This document shows, one piece after another, positions 23,336-36,898 of a stretch of 64,000 nucleotides of DNA. Source of the stretch: Phoronis australis (lineage: Eukaryota > Animalia > Phoronida); the NCBI GenBank assembly GCA_002633005.1, contig NMRA01000105.1, positions 598,010 to 662,009 on the forward strand, read 5' to 3'. Every line of letters begins with the position of its first letter. Position 1 is the first letter of the stretch. Both the position numbers and the translations under genes were made by a program. The notes beneath the pieces were generated by a model. It had not been told where the DNA came from. It was given only the letters and a program-made list of their open reading frames with translations, and did no database searches.

Positions 23336-26300
23336 GTGGGTAAAGGATAGACATCCTCTGGAAAGATTGCATGCGACTATCTTACTAGTGACATAATATT
23401 GATATTGCTTAGTGGGTTATGAAATCTCTCAAATGACTATTGGCATGCATTTTGTTCTAGACAAATTTAAAATACTTAGTTTTAGCTTCTGGACTCGTTA
23501 CTACTGGTATTTTCTTAAAAATGTTAAATAAATCTGGTGTCCTGTAAGCAGGAAACAGAATTAGTCAGGTTTAAAGTTGAAATCACACCTTTTCTTTCGT
23601 GCCAGAATTCATATTGAGTAATCGCCCAAGGGTGCGTTTTTGTGTTATTTGATGCGGCCAAGCTAAAACACATTTGATTTGTTGATTCGTCGGCTTGGAC
23701 GCAAGTTTTGTTAGTTATAGGACTCAACTATAATAACAGAAATGGCAAGCATCTGTTCTGTTAATTGGTTATCAGGTAATTTTCGTTCAGAAAAACACCT
23801 GTACTTTTTACCATTACTTTTTTCTGCTTTTGCCCTGTGCCAGTATAACAATTTTAAGACTGTTTTTGGTACCCAAAAAAACCGAAATGTACCCAAACAA
23901 TTGTGGAATGTGGCCCACTGGACCCCAGTGCTTGGAGGTGTAGGACAAGAACTACATACTAGATGTCAATGCTAATGTAACGACTTCTCAGTTTGTCTAA
24001 TTGAACCCAATAGATCGTGTTTTACAAAGTTATATTGAAGCACATGTTTGTTGGAGTTCGGCAATTAAATGATAACTTTGACTTGTAGGAATCACTACTC
24101 CAATTGTAGGTGGGTGACATATTGCATTTAATTGTAGTCCTTTCTTTCTTAAGTTCTTTCAAGTTTGCATCGACTCTTTTGTCAAAAACTTCCCGAGGTC
24201 TTCTTGCTTCTGTCTTTCTCCACCCCAATAATTACCTCAAGATATGTTTTTTTTGATGTTTCAGTAATCTTCGTCACTCAGCAGAGTGACCCAAAAGTTG
24301 TAATTTACTCAGACACAAAAATTCAATTTTGGCTTGTATTTTGTTGTCCAGATTTTTAGAGGCTGCTAAGCTTGACAATTTTTACTGTAATTTTATGTTT
24401 GGCCTGGAAATTTTTCAATGCTTCTACACTGATTGTTGTTCTTTGTGTAAAAGTACTGCATCGACGTCGAAACAATCCACCCCCACTTCCTGTAGTTCAG
24501 CTACCGTAAGTGTTTCGGCATTTTCAAAATACTTTTTTATTCAATAATTAGATACTTGTGATGCAAATCCGTCTGCTGCTGACATACAGTGCCACCTGTT
24601 TGGAAATGGAAGAACTTGTATGTCACAGTGGATTGCATATTAAGGACATGTTTATCAGAAAAACATTTTATTGGTAACAATGGCGTATCACCTGTCAAGT
24701 CCAGTTCCTTCTTTCACCAGAGGACAGCAGTGACCAGTCCTTTGTGACCAACAGTTATTACAAGTTGTTCATACCAATGCTTTCCTACTCCCAAATAGAT
24801 TGGTTTCATTTTTACTTAATTTTCACTTTTATTTTGTACTGCTTTCTCGATTAGTGCTGTCATTTGCTGTATTCAATCATTCTTGTCTCCCCAAAGGAGG
24901 GTCTCTGCCCCACCGTATATGATCTCAGATCCATACACATCTCAACATTCTCAACAGTCTTTGGATAGGAGAGGATCTGCAGTTTCTCCGTGAGGATAAT
25001 TACCCGAGTGGACTTCCCCCTTAACCCTGATTTGTTATCATGTGTTTTACCCTACATGTCTGCTGGGTGGTTGTAGAGTGTCATTCATTTCCGGTCTTGT
25101 GTTATCAAGGTGGAGACACAGTCTTGTGTCATCGAGGAGGAGACATAATTCAATGACCTGCCGTGAGTTCTGTAGATGCAAGAAACATGCGAACCACTTG
25201 TGGCAAGAAATTTATCCCATAATTCAACATTCCAACCTCACCAACCAACCACTTGGCCCGCCATTTTTTTCTGTGGTATGATAATGAGCTCCTAGGCATA
25301 GTTGAGAAACACTCGCCTTTCACTCTCACAATTTTGTTGGGTTTGCGAGTATCTGGCGAGTACAGAATGCACCTCATCTTTAATTCCGCTAAATGAACCC
25401 TAGGCACTATGGTGGAAGGGTGTCAAATATGGCAGGTGATTGGGGAATATATAGACTTACTGTTCATTCGCAAAACTTTGCAGGCATAGTTCTGAGTATT
25501 CAATAGGAGGAAAGCATTGCTATAAGCATTGAATTGACTCGGCTAAGATACATACTGATTTACGGTGTTTAGTTTCTTGCAATAAACAAAATGACTATGG
25601 CCACCTTCAGCCCCACTGTTTACACAGTGCCGACTGTAATTCATAGTTTATATTGGCGGCCACTGGATTGTTTGCTCTGCCTTGATCCATGACATCCATT
25701 TGCTTCAGCTACTACAGGTGTATGTTCTGATGATTGTAGGTGACCGTAGGATTGTCACCAGCTTGTCAAGACTTAAAGCATAAATATATGACTGTGTATA
25801 TATGTGTGAATTGTGATGGAATAAAGTGTGTCTAAAATGAATGACATGACGTGAAGGCATCTTGGAGATTTTGCTTTTTTTCAAAAATATGAATATTGGA
25901 CAAATATGGAACTGTTAGTTGTTTCTTTGGTAAAGTCGAAGTCTTCATGTATTCACAGGGACCTTTCCTTTTGGCTTGATGCTCCACTACATTTTGAAAT
26001 TCTGAAATTTTTTTATTGTCCAACTGTCGAAAAATGCTCTTAAAAGTTTTTTAAGCTCGTAAAAGATCTTTCTAACATCTAACTTGTGAAACTTGTGTTA
26101 CGAAAGAAAGTGCGTGTTGTCAACCATGGACTCCTGTGTGAATGCAATGTGTGATTACTGTTGGTGAATTTCATTGTCATGGTCCTTCCGCCTGCCTTCC
26201 TTGTGGTGACATTGTAGGGTTGGTTGGAATTTCTGTCACATGAAGTAATACAAACAACCTAGCTTAAGTAATACTGTATAAGCTTTATCTTTTCTTGGGC

Positions 26301-26562
26301 TCTGATTACATTCCCATTTGCTTACTTGTACATTTTTCTCTGTATAACTTGATATAATCAGTCATAGCGTCCTTTGTACAAAGACTTACCGTAGTGGTGG
26401 CTGTCGTCATTGACAGTTTTCAAAACTGTACATTGTATGACATGCAGACCCGCCTGAAGCACTGCACAATTAGAATTTAGTTTCAATTAGAGACCTCTTT
26501 AACTGTCTCATATATTGTAGTCAACGATTTTTACGTTCATTTTCTCTGACATTTGCTTGCAG

Positions 26563-26814
26563 TGAGAAAGTTGCCTTATTGTTCAATCAACTGAAACGAG
26601 AGCTGCTGAATACAGACAATGCCATGGAGGACATCTTTAACCTGGTTAATGAACTGAAGACTGCAGCGGAAAAGAACTTTGCACTTAAGAAGCTGTTCTG
26701 GAAGACTCCGGAGGTCTTTACGTTCTTTGTCCGCCAGCTGCAGAAGTATATCCCCAAGTCTAGCGCCAATTTGAAGTCGTCCAGCGGTCGGCAGCAAAGA
26801 GCTGATGAATTTGA
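26563..26814 (+). CDS. C12orf56: C12orf56-like exon 4 (252 nt, phase 2-2)
   Basis: ttgcag acceptor, GA|gtaagt donor; EKVALLFNQLKRELL...ELKTAAEKNFALKKLFWKTPEVF...QRADEF matches recalled FSQLKSEL...ELKVAAQKNFILKRLFWKTSDLF...QRVDEL. Confidence 0.92.
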
Positions 26815-27595
26815 GTAAGTTAAAGTTTAACCAACTTTCTAAACGGACAGTGTAAATATAGCGGTTACCAAGTAATTGATAGATAAACATTGCAGTTCAA
26901 ACTAGCTGTCTATTCTGAACTTTAAGGGATGTGACACCCGATTTATTTTTGATGGTTTTAATCGGTCTGTGTCTATACCACCCGGTGCTTGACCACACGT
27001 GGGTGAGAGGTATCGCGTTAACCTATGAGGAAGGTGAGGACAAAAAGTGTCACTATTTCGGACAATGAAGTTGTTGTGTATCTTACTTTGTCAAATAAAG
27101 TAGACACTCCATGAACTACACTGTGAAACGAACAGAATTGAACTGAACACTGAACATATCACAACAATATATATACACACAACTACATAACAACATATGA
27201 TGCGTTACCTATGACACACTTCCTATACCAGGAATGGCATGACATAATACCAATTAAACTACTGAACTCATAAACAATAACAACCTACAAACATCCTGTT
27301 ATTGTGTGACTAAGTACACAACAGAAGTGGTTACAGTAGTGTCAAAATTTTTATGGCTAGGTTGTACTCACTCATTTATGGTGTCTTGTATAACGCAGAT
27401 ATAAGGTAAAACTGGCATACGGTGGATATGCATAAGTCAGATTTACAATGAACTCGGATGTTGTTTCGCGGTGCACTAATGTTCTAGTTTGGCCTTCATA
27501 TAAGTTGTATTTTTGCCTTAATCGGATAAACGCTCTCGACTTATGTGAGCTTTACTGTACTTTGAAAACTACAGGCTGTGTCTGTTTCACTCTAG

Positions 27596-27827
27596 GCTAG
27601 TCATCTTACTTCTCGAGACACTGGCCCTGATGCTGCGTGAGACGGAGAATCTACGGACTCGCCTAACGTGTATCAAAGCTGGCAAAGGCCGTCTGCTATT
27701 TGATCTCATAGTCCTCATCACGTGTTTCCCCGAAGTGCCTCAAAAGTACAAGCCACCCAACGCCAGGGCATCTGCTCTTCTTGGCCAGACACAATCAGAC
27801 CAGTGGAAGTGTCTGGCAGATGCTGAG
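27596..27827 (+). CDS. C12orf56: C12orf56-like exon 5 (232 nt, phase 2-0)
   Basis: ctctag acceptor, GAG|gtaagc donor; LVILLLETLALMLRETENLRTRLTCIKAGKGRLLFDLIVLITCFPEVP...ADAE (cf. QTLVLMFRETETESSRLNTLAAKKGALFNLLVIL...FDAE). Confidence 0.9.
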
Positions 27828-28731
27828 GTAAGCCTGAACTGCTGTGAGTGAGTCTTGGTGTGGGAGTTACATTGGTTTTGATTGTCGCAGCAGACTGTGT
27901 GTAACTAAGGATCACTCTTTCAGTCAATAACTGACAACATCATACGGAATTCGATAAAAATTCATGAGGCTGAGTCAAATTTTCGCGTGCTAAACCTGCA
28001 GTGTATGTTGACTTAAACAAGTAAACTGTCGAAAACATGAGTGGAAAAATAATTTACGAGAAGAAAGTTGACCTCACTCGTATCACTTGTACAATTGTTT
28101 GGTGTTTTTTGATCAAGCAGACATTTTTGCCTGTGTCGAGCGCTGAGTAGGGTCAGTATTTTTAGAAAAAAGTTGTCAGAAAGACATAATTAGAGCAGAG
28201 ATAGTAAAACTTGGCTAATGCGATTGTGTATAAACAAAACTCGAACTCTGTTCCACAGCATGGTTGTTCTGATTCATACTCTCTGTGTCTAGTTGGTAAT
28301 TTGTCGTGTGCGAGTTTCAATAGTGCGTCAAACACAGCCTATTGTAAGGAGCATGTATCGTCAGCCTCCAGAAATCTCCAGGGTGCCATTTTAAATAATG
28401 CAAATTTGTCCATTCATAAGTAACGTATTTAATTTGTTTTCTATGTCTAATAGATTTAAGAGTAACCTAAACTATATAAGGTGCCTGTATTTTGAGAACC
28501 AGTTTGATGCCTGTTGTTCAGTGGAGAAAACTGGTTATCAAAATGCGGTCACGTTATATCCGCCCATTACCTTGTTTAACTGTAAACAGATTAATGTATC
28601 TGCTTCAATTATCTCATGTTGTTGTTCTTTGATGTGTTGCTTACTCATTATTTTTTCTAGTTGTATGGCTAAGACTAACCTAACTGTTTAGTTTTCACGT
28701 TTCCTTACTAATTTTCTTTGCCCGCCAACAG

Positions 28732-28752
28732 ATGGCACTAGTAGACAGGGAG
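28732..28752 (+). CDS. candidate 21-nt in-frame microexon (MALVDRE) in intron 5 of the C12orf56-like gene
   Basis: TACTAAT branch-like motif, pyrimidine tract, caacag acceptor, 21 nt phase 0-0, GAG|gcgagt GC-type donor; no transcript evidence. Confidence 0.3.
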
Positions 28753-30763
28753 GCGAGTACAATTTGGATGTTGTCTGCTTATCTGGAACTGTTTCTTTTT
28801 AAACCGACGTGCCAGTTTCGGGGCCTGTTTATGTTTCTTATAATGCACTTATCTTTCATTTCATTTCTCTTCTCTGTTGTTTTTCTTCTCGTGGGCCCAA
28901 ACACTAAGTTTCACAGTCAGTAATTTGAATCTGGCATTCAATTTGTTTGTCTCTAAGTTCAGGTAATGACACGTGGCATGGTTGGTTACCACTGTCACTA
29001 AGTGTGAACGAGTCTTAAATCACTCGTCATTTTATATGTGCGAGTTGACTGTTTTTACAGAAAAGTCATTACTAAAACCCAAAGCCCATTTGATTTTGTC
29101 ATCTTGAACACAATCAACTGAGCGAGTCTTTGTGATTGGACCCTCAAAGCTATAACTGGAGATGTATCATTATTGTGATCTCATTTGCCTTCTGGAATAA
29201 TGATATTGCTGGTTGACCAAATATGTGTGTTATAAGCCATGGGCCCTGGCTCCACTCTTTTCACCATGTGACCTTATGAGGGGGGGCATATTCATTTTTC
29301 TTATTTATATTTGAAAAGCATCTGTATTAAGTTAAACATTTTTTGTGAAAAAAGCATATTTATGCTCTGCTAATATAAGAATTATTTAACAAGATATAGC
29401 TCCGTATGTTTCCTCCAGCCAATCGCAAGATCAGAAATGAAATCGAAGTTGGAGATTTGGAGACAAGCTCCTTTTTCATCTATCTTATTTTCTCTTTATA
29501 AAATACCTTTTCCTTTATTACCTTTAAATGCCCTGATGTCATTGGCGCCAGTCCTGTCTTAGGTGGATAGTCTCAGTAACAATATTAAAATGTATCCAAT
29601 GTTAGTTCCAAATTTCACCACTATGTGACACTCATAAATTAAGAACATTATTTGCAGTATCACACCTTATAGACTTTTTGTCATTGTTTTTAAAATTGTT
29701 CCATTCCATGTCCATTTTGTAGAATTAGACAAATTTAAAGTCAAATGTCATGGAAATGTACATGTTTAAAAATGGAGACTTTTTACTTTTATGACATTGT
29801 GACATTGAAAACATCAAAACAAAATTGCCCCCCTCCCAAGAGGTCACGGATGTGGTTTATAAGCCCCCTGTATCCTCTGGTCCACGGTCTCTTAGTGTGG
29901 AGATGATGATAAAGCAAATGATTGGTCTTAATTTTTACAATAAATTTGTTCATTGTTTGAATCGGTAATTCAACTATGTTTTGAAATAACTTCTTTGTTG
30001 CTGCTGCTGTTTTTCTTTGCAAAATGCTTCGCTTTCATCTTTAACAGCTAATCTTATTGGGTCGCCTTCTTTATATGCCCTGCCTGTCACCTGTTCCCAT
30101 TCGTTTATCAATATTTCAGACATTCAAGAAATCACATGACATACCTGAATATTGCTAATCGGACATTCGTACATAATGTATTGCAGAGTTATGATCATGT
30201 TTCTCTTGCCTGGTTATATAGTACCTTAAATTAAATTGTGCATATTATTTCACCAAATATCTACAAAGATTTTAGTTACAGAAAGTCAAATGCCTGTATA
30301 ATATGATTTTTACTTTGTGTCAATGTGCTATTAACTGGGTCAGGTAACATTGTCTTTTTATTAAAATTTAACAAAAAAAGAAAGATACATTGTATCAATA
30401 GTGTGGCCAAATTCTGTTTAATATTATTATTATGCATTCAGGATGAAATCTCAAGCATGTGGTTATTGTACTTTAAATTATCATTTTGCTTTTATTTTGT
30501 ACAACTTTTGATTTTTTCACGAAAATCATAAAAGTCCTATTTTTGGTAACTTCTCGTGCAAAAGTGGAACATTTTATAAACGATTCATAACATTGTTTTT
30601 AGAGAAAAGTGCACAAAACATGGTATCTGAAAGATTCATGTGAATCTGAACAGTCGTTCTGAGATCTGATGTTCACAGTTTGTCAAATTTGGAGATATTT
30701 CTAGGGTCCTACATGGTACTCGTGATGGTGTGCGTCTGTTATAGCAGTGTATTTCCTGTGCAG

Positions 30764-30916
30764 GTGGCTAAATTGTTTGTGGAGTTCACCAACGTGGCTA
30801 GTGTGGTACTGTTCGAGTTGATACTGATTGCCAAGCAGAATAACTGGGGCGACGATGACGGCAGTTTCTTTAACATCACCTGGCTTATCAAGGTTCTTGA
30901 GGAGCTGAGGACTACG
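30764..30916 (+). CDS. C12orf56: C12orf56-like exon 6 (153 nt, phase 0-0)
   Basis: ctgtgcag acceptor, ACG|gtacgt donor; VAKLFVEFTNVASVVLFELILIAKQNNWG...FNITWLIKVL (cf. LQKLILEYTNTATALLYEILLVFQQ...FAISWIM). Confidence 0.9.
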
Positions 30917-31613
30917 GTACGTGCATCACGTGGCAGGGACATCAACTCCATCTGGGTAGCCGCTTGTCGTAGTTTTAATTATTCCAATGCATACATCAAA
31001 CGTTTTTGCCACCAGCACACGGAAAGTGGAAAGGTTGATTAAAAGCAAACGGAAGCTTAACATTTATCTAGATTTTCATTTCGTTAACTTTTATACAGCA
31101 AGGTCGCATTGACATTGTAGGCTCAGTTGAGCTCATTCTGCTAGCACCAGTGCACCTGTATCAAACGCGTTACGTGGCACATCATTGCCACCTGTACTTG
31201 CTCCAGTTTATTTTCAACCTTGTTGTCATTAATTTGTCAGTGTACTGTTCAGTTTAAAAGTCTCTGAGTCTTAAAAATAAGACATGCTCCATTGTGGGTT
31301 AGTGATAGACGGATAGCAACTGCATATGTTGTCACGTGCTCATTGGGAGGATTGAGATTTTATCACACAAAAGGTGATTCAGCGTGTCGCTCATTGTGGA
31401 ACTTGTGACAACTGGTGAAAGTTTATGAAGGCATAGTAAGATATTGACTTCTCAAAACACCAAAATAAACGAGATGATTACTTTAATTTGATGACGCAGT
31501 TGAGCATAAAATCAGTATTATGTGAGCATAGGTGCACCAAGATTTGTGATTTCACTCATTCACGTGACCACCCTTGCACCAACTTTCTTTGAAGAAGACT
31601 GTTTTCATTGCAG

Positions 31614-31795
31614 GAGAAGTTTGTTGAGCGTGTGGTTGGCCAGGCCCTGCGGTTCGTCCAGCCGTCACGGCATGTGGAACTGTCCCCCCCTCAAGCGGTG
31701 CTGGTCTATCAACAGTTCTATGTACTAGAGGTTCTCATACAGTTCAGTCCCGCAGTTGCCAGCTACATACGGAATAACTACACAGAGGAGTTCAA
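31614..31795 (+). CDS. C12orf56: C12orf56-like exon 7 (182 nt, phase 0-2)
   Basis: cattgcag acceptor, AA|gtgagt donor; LSPPQAVLVYQQFYVL...YIRNNYTEEF (cf. LSPCQAVLLYQQFYIL...YIRNNYREEF). Confidence 0.93.
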
Positions 31796-32235
31796 GTGAG
31801 TCATAATGGTGTTGGATGGACGTCTAATGTTCTTGACTTGGTGATGTGGGTAACTCGGTTGTTTTTTTCAGCTGGAAGACCGACTGAAATGTCGAGCCAT
31901 GATTGTAAATAGACTAGAGGCTGGTGAAAAAGACCATTAGATTCTAGAAATGATGTGCCCAGTGCTCACTAGTGCCACCTGGTGAATTTCAAGCTCTTCA
32001 TGGCATAAAATAAACATTCAAAATCCGGATGTTAGGTTAGTGTGAATAGGACATTTTACTTCTAGTTTTTACAAAGTCAAATTACACTTAATTGCCCCAG
32101 TGGGTATGTAACCTCAAATAGGAAAATTATAGGAACCAGCAACATTGCCAGGAGCTTGTAAGTTTGAGATCTAATACAAGAGCACTAAACGCTGTCTATT
32201 GAAGTGGAATGCAGAAATAAATGCCTAAAAAGTCG

Positions 32236-33604
32236 AGGGAGGAATCAACAATTGGTTGGACTTCAAAACCACTTGCCCTGACTTCAAAACCAGTCGGCTG
32301 GCCTCAAAACCAAATGGCCGGTGATCAAAAACGTGTTGTCCAGACATCAAAACGCGATGGCTTCACCCAAAAAACTAGTTTGCTGAACCCAAAACATGAT
32401 GGCCAGTGATCAAACTTGATGATCAGACTTCCTCTGAGACTCGCTTTGAAAGTCTCGATCTAGTGTTTAGTTTTCATACCCGTTTGTTTGTTCAAAATCG
32501 GTGATTTGTTCGGCCATTGAGTTTGAGCACTAGCCAACCCATTTTAGGTCTAGCCAACCAGTTTTTTGGTGTGACCATCTGGTTTTGAAGTACCTGGAAC
32601 CAAGTTAGACATAGGCAGATTTAGGGGGGGGGCCAGGGGGCCTGGGCCCTTCCCCTTGGCTGCCGCAAAAAAAATAAAACAGTAAGAGCGTAGGGAAATG
32701 GTGAGTTTATTAATTAACCTCGGTAATTAAAATTATACGGATGAAAAAAGATTTAAATGTGTGCAGTTTTAGTGTTTGGGGGGGGGGCTCAAACCCAATT
32801 TCAAGTGTCAAATTCGGAACACTGCGCATTCGTAACGGAACNNNNNNNNNNNNNNNNNNNNNNNNNNNNNNNNNNNNNNNNNNNNNNNNNNNNNNNNNNN
32901 NNNNNNNNNNNNNNNNNNNNNNNNNNNNNNNNNNNNNNNNNNNNNNNNNNNNNNNNNNNNNNNNNNNNNNNNNNNNNNNNNNNNNNNNNNNNNNNNNNNN
33001 NNNNNNNNNNNNNNNNNNNNNNNNNNNNNNNNNNNNNNNNNNNNNNNNNNNNNNNNNNNNNNNNNNNNNNNNNNNNNNNNNNNNNNNNNNNNNNNNNNNN
33101 NNNNNNNNNNNNNNNNNNNNNNNNNNNNNNNNNNNNNNNNNNNNNNNNNNNNNNNNNNNNNNNNNNNNNNNNNNNNNNNNNNNNNNNNNNNNNNNNNNNN
33201 NNNNNNNNNNNNNNNNNNNNNNNNNNNNNNNNNNNNNNNNNNNNNNNNNNNNNNNNNNNNNNNNNNNNNNNNNNNNNNNNNNNNNNNNNNNNNNNNNNNN
33301 NNNNNNNNNNNNNNNNNNNNNNNNNNNNNNNNNNNNNNNNNNNNNNNNNNNNNNNNNNNNNNNNNNNNNNNNNNNNNNNNNNNNNAACCCCCCTCCCGAC
33401 CTCCCTCCATTCGGTGCTATGCGCATCTACAATCGTGGTTCAGTTTGCGCAAATGCTTACAGCCGGACAAAATGTTGGGCCCCCCCTTGTGATATCCTAG
33501 ATCCGCCACTGTAGAACATGGGCCATTGGGTTTTGCAGGCCAGCCGACTGGTTTTGGAGTGCGGGCAAGTGGTTTTGAAGTCCAACCAATTGTTGATTCC
33601 CCCT
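32236..33604. mobile_element. MITE with ~85-bp TIRs containing a nested GGCGGATCTAG-type element (~32611-33510) and an N gap
   Basis: GGAATCAACAATTGGTTGGACTTCAAAACCACTTGCCC at left, its reverse complement at right; inner element ends gatatcctagatccgccac, as does the copy ending at ~2930. Confidence 0.75.
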
Positions 33605-33876
33605 TGAAACTGACGCCTGCCAATCAAATTAGCATTTAATCACCTTTCCGTACATTTTTCTAAACAAATGATATCAAAATACTTACTTTTTATGTAGTTT
33701 GAGGTAGATACTATTAAGTATGCAGACTGTTAAAAATCTTGCATAATTGCAACTATCACAGGGATCATTTTAGGAAACATGGGTATGGGTGAACTATGGT
33801 CCATGTTAGTTTTTTTTTTTATCTTTTTCGCTTCTAGTTTTAGTGCACCTGTTGCCCAGTTTAAGCAAACAATGCG

Positions 33877-34008
33877 TAAATGAAACAATTTTTGCACCAA
33901 TGACACAGGGCATGCCCCTAAAATTATCCCTGCTATGAAAAGTAAATGAAACAATTTTTTTTGCACCAATAACACAGGGCATGCCCCTAAAATTATCCCT
34001 GCTATGAA
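33877..34008. repeat. ~65-bp tandem duplication
   Basis: taaatgaaacaattttt...gcaccaat.acacagggcatgcccctaaaattatccctgctatgaa x2. Confidence 0.85.
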
Positions 34009-34138
34009 CAGAGCATGGAAAGAAGACTTACCCACTGTCATGTGACAGAAGCAAACATTTGGCTGTTGGTGTTTGTGGTGGTTTGTTCATGTATATGCTT
34101 TGAATTATGAATTCCTGAAACTCCCGTTTCTTTGCCAG

Positions 34139-34271
34139 ATACTACATCCAGGCACCAGTCATTATGGAGAAGTTCCCCCGCAACTACCCCATCTCCAGTA
34201 AAGCCATTGCACTCATAGAGTCTGTCATGTCCTTGGTTCGCCAACAGAAGTGTAAACTCACCACCAGCTGA
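34139..34271 (+). CDS. C12orf56: C12orf56-like terminal exon 8 (coding part)
   Basis: tttgccag acceptor, phase 2; (K)YYIQAPVIMEKFPRNYPISSKAIALIESVMSLVRQQKCKLTTS* (cf. YFIHMPALQKRLPLCYPITQPTIQL); TGA at 34269-34271. Confidence 0.9.
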
Positions 34272-36345
34272 CGCCAGTAGGTGATGCCTATCTGCCCACT
34301 AGGTGGCACTGACCTTCCATCAAGAATCTATGGGGCTGCACATCTGTCCACTTTGTTGTGCTATTCGCTCAAGTGTTGTCACACACGTCAAGAATATAGA
34401 CAAAGGATTAGTAGAAGTGAAGTAGTTTGTGATTTAAATTGCACTGCACATAATGGGGGGTGTTGTTCGTGTTGTTTTACAGCAGCACACAGATGGCTCT
34501 GGTGTTGCTTGAGGACAGCATTGAATACAAGTTAAGATTTTGAGAACATGAGATGCGTGTAAATTAACACTTATGAAAAAATTATCTCTACTCTCAAAAC
34601 CTAGGTTGGGTAGTTAAGGTCTGGGGAATTGCAGAGCCAGCCAGACACTGTCTGTCACACAATTCATTGCATTTGGCTACATTTCAGTATGCAGTGAAGA
34701 TGGTCAGTGCTGTGTTGTGAACTATATATCCCAAAAGAGGGCGCTCCATGAGTTCACACTTCCTTGCCATTGTAACATTCAGTTGAAGTCAAATGTACTT
34801 TGTAAAAGTGAAGTAACAAAGTTACAATTATGTTAAAATATTTGAGACTGCAAGTTGCCTTATATTTATAAATTAATGCATTGATCGGCGTTTGAATGTA
34901 ATTGTTAAAAGAATTAATTTACTTTATAATCAACTATTTTTTAAAAATTAGATGTAAACATTCCAGACTTGGACTTGACGAAGTTTTCCTCAACATGGTT
35001 GTCATGGGATATGCTGCACATTATGTTCCTAATCAAATCAATTAAAGCACTTCATCGAATTATTTGATATTTCATCTGTGTGTAGACGTCCTTAGCCACA
35101 GCCTCATTTTGAGATGGATTAATGTGTTGTTGTAGCTGTTGTGTTGTCGTCTTCTGTGCTGGCTAAGTTAAATCTTCCATTTTTCCATGAGTTCTTAGCA
35201 ATGGCAATGCAGGTTTACTGGATTAAGGCTATTTAGAATCTTATCAGCAAGTGTGTTTGCTTAGCCAGACGTATACAAAGCCGTAGATTTTAACTCTGCA
35301 GTAAAAGAATGTATTTTGTGAAAGTACAAAACTTGTAGAATTTGATATTTGACTTTATACCAGTCCGTCATCAATTGGGTCACATGACCATGTCTTAGAA
35401 AAATGAGACTATGTATTCATAACACAACAGCAATATCAATAACATGACCAAATTTAATTTCAAAAATATTTTCAAGATGAAATCTCAAGAACGCTGTTAC
35501 AGTTTTCTAAATTATCAGGACTTTTTTCTAGGGTCCTGCAGAACCTCGAGAACAACAGCAGTTGTGCTTTCCAAAGTCTCGGTCACATGCCCTTAAGCCA
35601 GTAGTCTCATTTGCCCGTGTTCTAGCCAATGAGACACCTGCCTGGTCTCATTTGCATGCACGACAACGAATGTGTGGATTGTGTGCGTTCTATGAATATT
35701 CAGAGCATTATTAGAATGCAGCAATGTCATGTGACCAGTTGATTACCTTCAAACGGAACATCAGGGTAAACATATGACCATCACACACTCTATAAGGTCA
35801 TATCCTGGAAAGGTCATTCAAACATTTCTCAAGAAAAATCAGAACTGTTTTTTTTCTTTTTCTTACTTTTATTGAATAAGTTAGGAACATGACATTTTGG
35901 TTTTTGTAGTAACTGTTATTTTTGTTGTATAGATGTGAAAGAGGATTTTTGGTGTTTGTACATATTTCTCATTTTCTATTCATTTAACATTCCTCTGATC
36001 TGTATTTACTGTTGTCTGCCCACACTATCCTGATGAAAGTTGTTTATTTTTTCATAATACATTCCATGGAAGTATTCATGTTTGTCTTTTATTTATGACT
36101 TTGTTATGGAGCAACCAGATTTGTCTTTTGTTATTATATTTTTAAATTACACTAATTTTCTTGTTTTGCTTAATATGTATAATATAAACAGGAATATACT
36201 AGGGTGTGTATGAAGTGAGCTGTCTGCAAAAGATGGCGCTAGGTATCTGTCTACATATCTCATTAAAAATGTCTTGATTTGCATGAGAAACATTGAAAAT
36301 GGTTATAAATGTTATGACAAAAGGAATGTTCAGACTTGCTTTCAA

Positions 36346-36404
36346 AATAAAGAAAGAACAAAGCCACATGTTGAATTGTTTTGAGGTTGCAAGGTCACTT
36401 TATT
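36346..36404. terminator. candidate convergent poly(A) signals (AATAAA + at 36346-36351; AATAAA - at 36404-36399)
   Basis: Both hexamers are present between the two convergent stop codons, near an apparent T-rich to A-rich switch of the + strand. Confidence 0.35.
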
Positions 36405-36898
36405 GGTAGTTTAATTTGTCAAAACTTCCCTTTTGTGCATTTTATGGTTTTGTGAACATGAATGCAGTCACTTAGCCATAAACATTTCTTTGAGAACAGT
36501 TTATAGCCTTCACCACAATGGATACCTCCCACAAATGCAGTTAGGCCGTAGTTAACATTGTGTACTCCCACTAGCAAACCCAATATGGTGATATCCTTTG
36601 CAAGTGTCCTGAAGTCGCTGAAGTTGTGGCCATATAGAACCACGTTATCAAAACAGACCCTGGGAAAGCAAACGAAACAAAGTGTTGTATGAAGTAAATT
36701 CCAAGCCTTTACGCCCATTAAGAGGTAATGCCAGCCGATCGACAGTAACATCTGTACCAAGTGTAAGCAGAACGAATTGGAAGAATTTCTTAAAATGTTA
36801 GTTTTAGTTCATCCTTGGAAATTGTGTGTTGTTGACGAGAGCACGAGACATGGTTAAACAAGTGTAATTTCATTGGCACACAGTTCATCGAATGTGGT

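Larger units (their letters stand above)
21274..24267. repeat. 1.5-kb tandem duplication (21274-22772 / 22774-24267) joined by a single n
   Basis: Units differ by SNPs/indels in roughly the first 630 bp and appear identical thereafter; ORF track shows identical ORF pairs offset by 1495 bp. Confidence 0.95.

Noticed and set aside
32710-33514. 200-257 aa ORFs in the track
   Set aside because: Artefacts of the 544-nt N gap.
36419-36760. 113-aa minus-strand ORF with an internal acceptor-like site
   Set aside because: No recognisable family and lies downstream of the Tudor gene stop codon; probably UTR or intergenic.
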